Source of the DNA: an uncultured Arcobacter sp.
Lineage (GTDB): Bacteria > Campylobacterota > Campylobacteria > Campylobacterales > Arcobacteraceae
Assembly: GCA_965140705.1 (NCBI GenBank)
Contig: OZ223300.1
Location: forward strand, 1,856,001 to 1,920,000
Direction of reading: 5' to 3'
Length of the DNA stretch: 64,000 nt
The notes below the pieces were generated by a model. It was not told where the DNA came from. It was given only the letters and a program-made list of their open reading frames with translations, and did no database searches. This document shows positions 20,343 through 28,695 of the stretch, in pieces (within the stretch, counting starts at the first letter, position 1; the number at the start of each line of letters is the position of its first letter). The position numbers and the translations under genes are program-made.

Positions 20343-20428
20343 AATACATTCTCCATATTTTAAATAGGCAATATGATACTATAATATATTTAAAGTCAAT
20401 ATAAAGTATTTATTCACAAAAGATAAGT

Positions 20429-21070
20429 TTAACTTGCAATATCTTCTAATAAGGTACTATTTTCTCTGATATTTCTTTTTTTGACATAATTATTTAAACC
20501 AATATGATTGTTATATCCTAAAAGTTTTGCAATTTTTCTAACTGATAATCCTACACTTAATAACTCTTCTATTTTATCTCTTTGCTTATCAAATTTTGAT
20601 TTTTGAATAGTTCCTTTTGGTTTACCTAAACTTTCGCCATTTAATTTTTTTGCACTTAGAGCTTCTTTTGTTCTTAAACTCATCAAATCTTTTTCTAAAG
20701 ATATTGTCATAGATATCATTCCCAAAACCATTTTTGTAAGCATATCTTCATTACTAATTAATTCAAGATTTTGTTTTATTACCAAAATTCTTACTTTATT
20801 TTCCAATAAAAATTTTACAATTTCTAAAATTGTTTCAATAGTTCTTCCAAAAACATTTAAATCATACACTATCAAAGTAGAGTTCATTTTACATGATTTT
20901 AATAGTTCCAAAATATTTTTTTCTTCAGATGGAGTGTTAATTTCCACTTCAATATTATGAAAAATTTCTATATTATGTTTTTTAACATAATTAATAATTC
21001 CATCTTCTTGCTCTTTAGTATAGTTTCTATTATTTTTATTTATTCTCAAATAAGTGAAATTTTTAGACAT
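20429..21070 (-). CDS. Resolvase/serine-recombinase family protein with degenerate active site and C-terminal HTH
   Basis: YLRIN in place of YxRVS; LIVYDLNVFGR in place of DRLxR; E...S.RTKEAL...G..LG.P; SVRKIAKLLG HTH. Confidence 0.85.
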   Translation of the reverse strand: MSKNFTYLRINKNNRNYTKEQEDGIINYVKKHNIEIFHNIEVEINTPSEEKNILELLKSCKMNSTLIVYDLNVFGRTIETILEIVKFLLENKVRILVIKQNLELISNEDMLTKMVLGMISMTISLEKDLMSLRTKEALSAKKLNGESLGKPKGTIQKSKFDKQRDKIEELLSVGLSVRKIAKLLGYNNHIGLNNYVKKRNIRENSTLLEDIAS

Positions 21071-21307
21071 AATTATCCTTTAAACATTTAGTATAACTTA
21101 AATAAATATAATTATACAAAATGAATGCTTTATATTAATTTATAGTAATACAAAATGTTAGCATTCCATTTATTAATATTAGCTTAAATTTAAGCATTTA
21201 ATAAGGTTTTATCCTTTTAAATTCTAAAACATAATAGCTAACTATTTGAAAATAAAGATTTTTTAAGCTAATATCACTAATTTATCTAAAGAATATAAGG
21301 ATCTAAA

Positions 21308-21868
21308 TTGAGATTAGTTATAGCAATTAGCGGTGCTAGTGGTGTAAATTTAGGAATTAAATTTTTAGAACTTTTACCTCAAAATATTCAAGCTTTTGTT
21401 GTTATTTCCCAAAGTGCAAAGATTGCATTAAAATATGAAAATAATTTGGCATTTGAAAAACTAATAAATCAAAAAAATATCAAACTTTTTGAAAATAGTG
21501 ACATAGCTGCACCTATTGCATCAGGTTCATTTAAAATTGATAAGATGGCAATCATACCATGCTCTATGAATACTTTAGCAAAATGTGCATATGGGTTTGC
21601 AGATAATCTAATTACAAGAGCATTTGCTGTATCCTTAAAAGAAAAAAGAGAAGTTTTATTGGCTCCTAGAGAAATGCCATTTTCTCAAATTCCCTTAGAA
21701 AATATGACCAAATTGTCATCATTGGGTGTTATTATTTCTCCTCCAATTTTGGGTTATTATTCAAATAACACAACAATTGATGCAATGGAAAATTTTATTA
21801 TTGGGAAGTGGTATGATAGTTTAGGAATAGAAAATAGTTTATATAAAAGATGGAAAGAAGATGAATAA
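21308..21868 (+). CDS. ubiX: Flavin prenyltransferase UbiX
   Basis: ISGASG, IASGS, PCSMNTL, RAF.V.LKE.R, PREMP. Confidence 0.92.
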   Translation: MRLVIAISGASGVNLGIKFLELLPQNIQAFVVISQSAKIALKYENNLAFEKLINQKNIKLFENSDIAAPIASGSFKIDKMAIIPCSMNTLAKCAYGFADNLITRAFAVSLKEKREVLLAPREMPFSQIPLENMTKLSSLGVIISPPILGYYSNNTTIDAMENFIIGKWYDSLGIENSLYKRWKEDE

Positions 21869-22355
21869 AGAAAATAAAGAACAAATCTCATCATACAAAA
21901 GTGCTATATACTCAGGTACCTTTGATCCAATTACAAATGGACATATGGATATTATAAAAAGAGCAGCAAATATTTTTGATGAAGTAATTATTGCAGTTGC
22001 AAAAAGTGAAAGAAAAAAACCTATGTTCACCCACGAAAAAAGAGTTGAATTTGCAAAAGAAGCCACAAAAAATATTAGTGGTGTAAAAGTTGTAGGATTT
22101 GATACTTTATTAGTTGATTTAGCAACTAGTTTAAATATTACAACTATTATTAGAGGGTTAAGAGCCGTGAGTGATTTTGAATATGAACTTCAAATGGGAT
22201 ATGCAAACTCTTCTATTAATAAAACAATTGAAACTTTATATCTTATGCCAACCCTTGAAAATGCATTCGTTAGTTCTACAATTGTCAGAGAAATTATATT
22301 ATTTAAGGGTAAATTTGAACACTTAATTCCAAAAGAGGTTATAAAATGTATGTAG
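21861..22355 (+). CDS. coaD: Pantetheine-phosphate adenylyltransferase
   Basis: GTFDPITNGH, RGLRAVSDFEYE, SST.VRE. Confidence 0.97.
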   Translation: MNKENKEQISSYKSAIYSGTFDPITNGHMDIIKRAANIFDEVIIAVAKSERKKPMFTHEKRVEFAKEATKNISGVKVVGFDTLLVDLATSLNITTIIRGLRAVSDFEYELQMGYANSSINKTIETLYLMPTLENAFVSSTIVREIILFKGKFEHLIPKEVIKCM

Positions 22356-22912
22356 TTATAGAAGGAATTGATACAGCTGGAAAATCTACTCAGCTTGAGA
22401 TTCTATCAAAAAAGTTTAATGATGCAATTTTTACAAAAGAACCAGGAGCTACAAAACTTGGTAGTAAACTAAGAGAAATGGCTCTTAATGGTGAAGCCAA
22501 ATCAAAAATTGCAGAGATGTTTTTATTTTTGGCAGATAGAGCTGAACATATAGAGGAAGTAATCAAACCAAATATTGATAAAATGATTATTTCAGATAGA
22601 TCAGTTATTTCAGGTATTGCTTATGCTTCAAGTTTACCAATTGAAGTTGTTACAACTTTAAACTTGATAGCTACGGAAAATACACTACCAAGTCATACTA
22701 TTTTATTAGAATTAAGTAAAGAGGAATTAATAAAAAGATTAGGAAGTAAATCAAATGATTCAATTGAATCAAGGGGAATTGATTATTTAATTGACATTCA
22801 AAATAGAATGAAAAAAACTATTGAAATGTTAAACTTAAATTACATCTTTATAGATGCAAGTTTGAGTATAGAAGAAATTGCAAAAAGAATTGAGGAATTT
22901 ATTAATGGGTAA
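22346..22912 (+). CDS. tmk: Thymidylate kinase
   Basis: EGIDTAGKST, LF.ADR, SDRS. Confidence 0.96.
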   Translation: MYVVIEGIDTAGKSTQLEILSKKFNDAIFTKEPGATKLGSKLREMALNGEAKSKIAEMFLFLADRAEHIEEVIKPNIDKMIISDRSVISGIAYASSLPIEVVTTLNLIATENTLPSHTILLELSKEELIKRLGSKSNDSIESRGIDYLIDIQNRMKKTIEMLNLNYIFIDASLSIEEIAKRIEEFING

Positions 22913-24128
22913 ACAAAATATTCAAAGTCTAAGAGGGATGAATGATATTTTAGGAAAAGAGAGTGAGCTTTTTACATATTTTGTTGAAAATGCTTCAAGA
23001 ATAGCTAAAAACTATGGCTTTACATATATGGAAACGCCTATTTTAGAAGAGACTGCACTATTTAAAAGAAGTGTTGGTGAAAGTAGTGATATTGTAAATA
23101 AAGAGATGTATCAATTTATCGACAAAGGTGAAAATGATGTATGTCTAAGACCAGAGGGAACGGCTGGGGTTGTAAGAAGTTTTGTGGAAAATAAATTCGA
23201 CCGTGCTGGTGGTACATATAAATGGTACTATTATGGTCCTATGTTTAGATATGAAAGGCCACAAAAAGGAAGACTTAGAGAATTTCATCAATTTGGATGT
23301 GAAGTTTTTGGCATAGACTCTGTGTATGAAGATGCAAATATTATAATGATGATAAAAGAGATTTTAGATTTCTTTGGTATTAGTTTTACTTTACAACTAA
23401 ACTCATTGGGTTGTCCTATTTGTATGCCTCCATATAAAGAAAAACTTGTAAAAGTGTTAACAAATATAAAAACTGAACTTTGTGAAGACTGTAATAGAAG
23501 AATTGAGACAAATCCTATAAGAGTTTTAGACTGTAAAAATGAAAAATGCCAATCTCTTTTAGTAGATGCACCAAAAATCACAGATAATTTATGTGAGAAA
23601 TGTGATAGTGATTTTGAAAAATTAAAAGAGATTTTAGATTTTAATAATATAAGTTATGTTATAGATTCAAACTTAGTTCGAGGTTTAGACTATTATTCTC
23701 AAACTGCCTTTGAATTTACATCAAATGAAATTGGTGCCCAAAGTGCAATTGCAGGTGGTGGTAGATATGATAGACTTGTAGAATTTTTAGGCGGACGTGC
23801 AACTCCTGGAATTGGATTTGCTATAGGTATTGAGCGGTTACTTGAACTAATAAAACAAAAAGATATAAAAGAAGATACTATTTATTTGGGCGCAATGAGT
23901 GAAGAAGCACTAAATACAATAACAAAAGTTGCTCTTAAAAAAAGAAAGACAACAAAAACTATTATAGAGTATACACCAAGAAGTTTTGGTAAACACTTTA
24001 AAATAGCTGAGAAACATGGTGCAAATATTGTTGCATTAATTGGTGAAACTGAATTAAATAATGGAACAATTTATATGAAAAATATAGATACACAAGAAGA
24101 AAGAAATTTAGATTTAAAGGATTTTTAG
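22905..24128 (+). CDS. hisS: Histidine--tRNA ligase
   Basis: RGM.D, LRPEGTA, RYERPQKGR, RGLDYY, GGRYD; ATG at 22905 with GAGG RBS preferred over TTG at 22878. Confidence 0.97.
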   Translation: MGKQNIQSLRGMNDILGKESELFTYFVENASRIAKNYGFTYMETPILEETALFKRSVGESSDIVNKEMYQFIDKGENDVCLRPEGTAGVVRSFVENKFDRAGGTYKWYYYGPMFRYERPQKGRLREFHQFGCEVFGIDSVYEDANIIMMIKEILDFFGISFTLQLNSLGCPICMPPYKEKLVKVLTNIKTELCEDCNRRIETNPIRVLDCKNEKCQSLLVDAPKITDNLCEKCDSDFEKLKEILDFNNISYVIDSNLVRGLDYYSQTAFEFTSNEIGAQSAIAGGGRYDRLVEFLGGRATPGIGFAIGIERLLELIKQKDIKEDTIYLGAMSEEALNTITKVALKKRKTTKTIIEYTPRSFGKHFKIAEKHGANIVALIGETELNNGTIYMKNIDTQEERNLDLKDF

Positions 24129-24130
24129 TA

Positions 24131-25936
24131 GTGAATGATTATGGTATTGACATCTGGAGTGATGATAATTTTATTATTGAAGATGGATTAGCAAAAGTTA
24201 ATTTTGACTGTAAACCATCTTTAATTTCTATTGTTAAAGATATTAGAAAACAAGATTTTAAGGGCCCTTTGCTTTTAAGATTTCCCCATATAACAAAAAA
24301 ACAAATACATACTCTTTATGATGTATTTAATGCAAGTATAAAAGAGTACAAATATCAAGGAACATTTAATGCAGTGTTTCCTTTAAAAGTAAATCAATTA
24401 CCCAACTTCATTCACCCCCTAATTCAAGAAGGGAAAAAATTCAATTATGGATTAGAAGCTGGAAGTAAAGCAGAACTTGTTATTGCAATGACATATAATA
24501 ATATAGGTTCTCCTATTACTGTAAATGGATTTAAAGATAAAGAGATGATTCATTTAGGTTTTATTGCAAAAAAAATGGGACATAATATTACTTTGATTAT
24601 TGAGGGATTAAATGAACTTGAGATGATTGTAGAAGTTTTAAAAGAGACAAAACTTGAATGTCCAAATATAGGGTTAAGAGTAAGACTTCATAGTGGCGGA
24701 AGTGGATTATGGGCTAAAAGTGGAGGAATAAATTCTAAATTCGGTCTTACATCAACTGAAATTCTTGAAGCATATGAATTAATGGAAGAGTGTAATATTG
24801 TTAATTATCTTACTATGATTCATTTTCATATAGGTTCTGCAATGAATTCAATAAAACCTCTTAAAAAAGCACTAAGAGAATCTGGACACATTTATGCAGA
24901 ACTTAAAAACCTAGGGGCAACTAAATTAAAATCAATCAATATTGGTGGTGGTTTAGCGGTTGAGTATAATGCCTACGAAAGAACAAGATTTTATTCACTT
25001 AGTGAGTTTGCAAGTGATGTTATATTTACACTAAAAGATATTGCAAAACAAAAAGGTGTTGATGAACCAAATATATTCACAGAATCAGGAAGGTTTATTT
25101 CAGCATCTTCAACAGTACTTGTAACTCCTGTTTTAGAACTTTTTTCATCAGAGTATGAACTTGATCAATTAAAATTAAAAGAAAAAAATCCACCACTTAT
25201 TCAAGAGCTATTTTATTTACATAGAGATATGACTAAAAAAACTGCTTATGAGTATATGCATGATAGTACAGATCATATGGAATCACTTTTAACACTTTTT
25301 GATTTGGGATATATTGATTTACAAGATAGATCAAATGCAGAAGTTCTAACACACCAAATAATTAAAAAAGCTATTTCATTTTTAGAAATTGATGATTATG
25401 GTGAATTAAAAAAACTTAATGAAAGTATTCAGGAGAAGTATTTATTAAACTTCTCTCTTTTTCAATCCCTTCCTGATTATTGGGGTATTGATCAAGAATT
25501 TCCAGTAATGCCATTAACACATTTAGACAAAAACCCTACAAGAAGTGCTTCTTTATGGGATATTACTTGTGATAGTGATGGTGAGATTCCTTTTGATTCA
25601 AAAAGGCCACTTTATTTACATGATATAAATTTAAATGAAGAAGATTATTTTTTGGGCTTTTTTAATGTCGGAGCATATCAAGATACTTTAGGGATGAAAC
25701 ACAACTTATTCTCTCACCCAACTGAGGTTAATGTTGTATTTAAAGATGGGGAAGTAGTATTAGAAAAAATATTAGAATCACAAAAAATAATTGATATACT
25801 TGAAGATATTGATTATGATACAGATTATATGAAAAATGTGTTAAGAAAAAATCTAGACCCAGAAATTTATAAAGATTTGAAAAAATATTTAAATGAAAAT
25901 AGTTATTTAAAAACTATATGGAGTTATTATGAGTGA
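24131..25936 (+). CDS. speA: Biosynthetic arginine decarboxylase
   Basis: FPLKVNQ, GLEAGSK.EL, HFHIGS, ESGR, DITCDSDG, GAYQ...HNLF. Confidence 0.96.
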   Translation: MNDYGIDIWSDDNFIIEDGLAKVNFDCKPSLISIVKDIRKQDFKGPLLLRFPHITKKQIHTLYDVFNASIKEYKYQGTFNAVFPLKVNQLPNFIHPLIQEGKKFNYGLEAGSKAELVIAMTYNNIGSPITVNGFKDKEMIHLGFIAKKMGHNITLIIEGLNELEMIVEVLKETKLECPNIGLRVRLHSGGSGLWAKSGGINSKFGLTSTEILEAYELMEECNIVNYLTMIHFHIGSAMNSIKPLKKALRESGHIYAELKNLGATKLKSINIGGGLAVEYNAYERTRFYSLSEFASDVIFTLKDIAKQKGVDEPNIFTESGRFISASSTVLVTPVLELFSSEYELDQLKLKEKNPPLIQELFYLHRDMTKKTAYEYMHDSTDHMESLLTLFDLGYIDLQDRSNAEVLTHQIIKKAISFLEIDDYGELKKLNESIQEKYLLNFSLFQSLPDYWGIDQEFPVMPLTHLDKNPTRSASLWDITCDSDGEIPFDSKRPLYLHDINLNEEDYFLGFFNVGAYQDTLGMKHNLFSHPTEVNVVFKDGEVVLEKILESQKIIDILEDIDYDTDYMKNVLRKNLDPEIYKDLKKYLNENSYLKTIWSYYE

Positions 25937-26693
25937 TACACCAAATAAAGAACAAAACAAAACAGAACTAGGTACAGAAGAGATATCTCTTTGGAAACAG
26001 ATAAAAGAAGACTTTTCTGTTCCAAAGTTAAATGATCCTGCATTAAATTCTAATATAGAACTTATTTTTAATTATCCTGGTGTTTGGGCAGTTATCAATC
26101 ATAGAATCGCAAATAGACTATATAAAAAGAATTTCAAACTAACTTCTAGAATAATAATGGGACTTACTCAATTTTTATGTAATATGGATATTCATCCAGC
26201 AGCAACTATTGGAAGAAGGGTATTTATAGATCATGGGATAGGTGTAGTTATCGGTGAAACTGCAATAGTTGAAGATGATGTACTAATTTATCAAGGAGTA
26301 ACTCTTGGAGGGGTTAGTTTAAATAAAGGGAAAAGACACCCTACTATTAAATCAAACTCTGTAATTGGAAGTGGTGCAAAAGTATTAGGAAATATTACTG
26401 TTGGAAAAAATAGTAAAATTGGAGCGAATTCTGTTGTAATTTGCGATGTTCCAAAAAACTCAACTGCGGTTGGAGTACCTGCTAAAATTATCAAAAGAGA
26501 TGATAAAAATGGAAGATTGAATCATGGAGATTTACCTGACATCAATAAAGAGATGTTTGAGTACTTATTAAAAAGAGTTGCTGTTTTAGAACATGCTATT
26601 AAAAAATATGATGGAATTGATTTAAGTAATGAAGATACAGATCTTGAATGTATTTACAAAAAATTTATTTCAGCAATGAACTCTATTAGATAA
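25929..26693 (+). CDS. cysE: Serine O-acetyltransferase
   Basis: DIHPAA.IG, FIDHG.GVVIGET, KRHP, hexapeptide repeats. Confidence 0.95.
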   Translation: MSDTPNKEQNKTELGTEEISLWKQIKEDFSVPKLNDPALNSNIELIFNYPGVWAVINHRIANRLYKKNFKLTSRIIMGLTQFLCNMDIHPAATIGRRVFIDHGIGVVIGETAIVEDDVLIYQGVTLGGVSLNKGKRHPTIKSNSVIGSGAKVLGNITVGKNSKIGANSVVICDVPKNSTAVGVPAKIIKRDDKNGRLNHGDLPDINKEMFEYLLKRVAVLEHAIKKYDGIDLSNEDTDLECIYKKFISAMNSIR

Positions 26694-27427
26694 TGATTTT
26701 TGAACTTCTATTTTTAGGGCTTGTTACAGGTTTTGTTTCAGGTTTCTTTGGTGTTGGAGGAGGAATGATACTTGTTCCAATGCTTTTATTATCTGGATTA
26801 GTTATGAAAGAAGCCATATCTATTTCAGTGGTTCAAATGGTATTTAGTTCAATCTATGGTTCATTTTTAAATAGTAAGAAACAATCAGGTATATTAATTG
26901 ATGGAATAGCTATTGGTGGTGGAGGCTTTATAGGAGGTCTGTGCTCAGGATTTGTAGTTGCTGCATTTTCAAATCTAACTTTACAATATATATTTATACT
27001 AATTATGCTAGCTTCAATTTTAAAGCTTTTTTTTACACCTGCTGAACATGATAAAAAAGAAAAAAATCAATCTATCTTATTACTTGTATTAATTGGTGCA
27101 ATTTCAGGCGCAATTGCTATGAGTGTAGGTGCTGGTGGTTCTATTATTATAACTCCAATTTTAGTTGGATTTATGAATTATAATTTAAAAAGAGCAACAA
27201 CTCTAGGGCTATTTTTTGTAATCTTTTCTTCTACTGCTGGATTTATCTCTTTAAGTTTCAATGGTCATATGCTTTATTCTCAAGGGATAATGGTAGGTCT
27301 AGCCTCTTTAGTTGGTGTATATTTAGGTATAAAAATAAAACATATGATTAATATAGTCTCTTATAAAAAGTACATTCTTATTTTATATACTTTAACTTTT
27401 TCAATAATGATTTACAAGACTATTTAG
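26693..27427 (+). CDS. TauE/SafE sulfite exporter family membrane protein
   Basis: G.FGVGGG..LVP repeated twice; polytopic. Confidence 0.88.
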   Translation: MIFELLFLGLVTGFVSGFFGVGGGMILVPMLLLSGLVMKEAISISVVQMVFSSIYGSFLNSKKQSGILIDGIAIGGGGFIGGLCSGFVVAAFSNLTLQYIFILIMLASILKLFFTPAEHDKKEKNQSILLLVLIGAISGAIAMSVGAGGSIIITPILVGFMNYNLKRATTLGLFFVIFSSTAGFISLSFNGHMLYSQGIMVGLASLVGVYLGIKIKHMINIVSYKKYILILYTLTFSIMIYKTI

Positions 27428-28658
27428 TCTTTTTTAAAGCTTGTTCTCTTAATTTATCTTTTTTACTTTTTCTTTTTCCCTTTACAGGTGGCAAGCCCTT
27501 CTCTTTTTTTATAGGGCTTCCAGTTAATTCAAAGTCCTTTATTTGTTCTTTTTCAAGACTTATATCACTTCTTTTTTCAATCAAAGCAAAATGTTCTTTA
27601 TCTTCATGGGATATAAAAGAGACTGCAATTCCACTCTTACCTGCTCTCCCTGTTCTTCCAATTCTATGAATATAATCAGCAGCAGCCCTTGGTAAGTCAT
27701 AATTAACTACACAAGAAATATTTTCTATATGAAGTCCACGTGCTGCTATATCTGTAGCAAATAATACTTTTATCTTTTTTGCTTTAAAATCTTCTAAAGT
27801 CTCATTTCTCTCTTCTTGAATTAAATCACCATGAAAAGACTCAGCTTCAAAGCCATATTTCCTAAATTTAAAAGCTAAATTGTCACATGAACGTTTATTT
27901 GCCATGAAAACTAAAACTTGTTGCCAATTCTCTTCTTTTATCAAATATCTAAGTAAAGCACTTCTATTCTCTTTATTTACTTCTATTAGCCTTTGATTTA
28001 TACTTTGAACTGTTGCTTCTTCATTTTCAATAGATATTTCAATAGGATTTTCTGTTATTTTAGATGCTATATTTAACATTTTCTTAGGATATGTTGCAGA
28101 AAAAAGAAGATTTTGTCGTTTTTTTGGTAAAACTTCTAATAAAAGTTCTAACTCTTCTTCAAAACCAAAATCAAGCATTTTATCTGCTTCATCTAAAACA
28201 AGAAAATCAAGATTTGATAAATCCATTTGTTTTTTCTTTAAAATATCAAGTAATCTTCCCGTAGTAGCAACAATAACATCACACCCTTTTTGAATACTTA
28301 ATAACTGCTCACCAATACTCTCTCCACCAATAACACTTACAACTTTTGGTTTCTTACTCATATATTTACTAAATGTTAAAAAAGCAGTAGCTACTTGTAA
28401 AGCCAGCTCCCTTGTAGGAGTTAAAACCAAACATCTGATTTTTGGTTTGCCTAAATATTTTTGCCCTGACCAAAGATTTAATATGGGTAAAACAAAACTT
28501 GCAGTTTTCCCACTTCCTGTTTGTGCTCTTGCAATAATATCTTTTTGTTCTAATACTAAAGGAATTACTTTTTCTTGAATTGCAGTTGGTTTAATATAGC
28601 TATTCTCAGTAAGTGATTTATTTATCTTATCTGATAGTTTTAATTTGAAAAATGACAT
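27420..28658 (-). CDS. DEAD-box RNA helicase
   Basis: AQTGSGKT, PTRELA, DEAD, SAT, ARG, HRIGRTGR. Confidence 0.95.
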   Translation of the reverse strand: MSFFKLKLSDKINKSLTENSYIKPTAIQEKVIPLVLEQKDIIARAQTGSGKTASFVLPILNLWSGQKYLGKPKIRCLVLTPTRELALQVATAFLTFSKYMSKKPKVVSVIGGESIGEQLLSIQKGCDVIVATTGRLLDILKKKQMDLSNLDFLVLDEADKMLDFGFEEELELLLEVLPKKRQNLLFSATYPKKMLNIASKITENPIEISIENEEATVQSINQRLIEVNKENRSALLRYLIKEENWQQVLVFMANKRSCDNLAFKFRKYGFEAESFHGDLIQEERNETLEDFKAKKIKVLFATDIAARGLHIENISCVVNYDLPRAAADYIHRIGRTGRAGKSGIAVSFISHEDKEHFALIEKRSDISLEKEQIKDFELTGSPIKKEKGLPPVKGKRKSKKDKLREQALKKTK

Positions 28659-28695
28659 ATTGTCTAATCCCTTTTATGATTTTTATACTTTATTA

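Noticed and set aside
20429..21070. Resolvase as marker of a transposon
   Set aside because: No transposase, terminal repeats or cargo; flanked by core genes; active site degenerate
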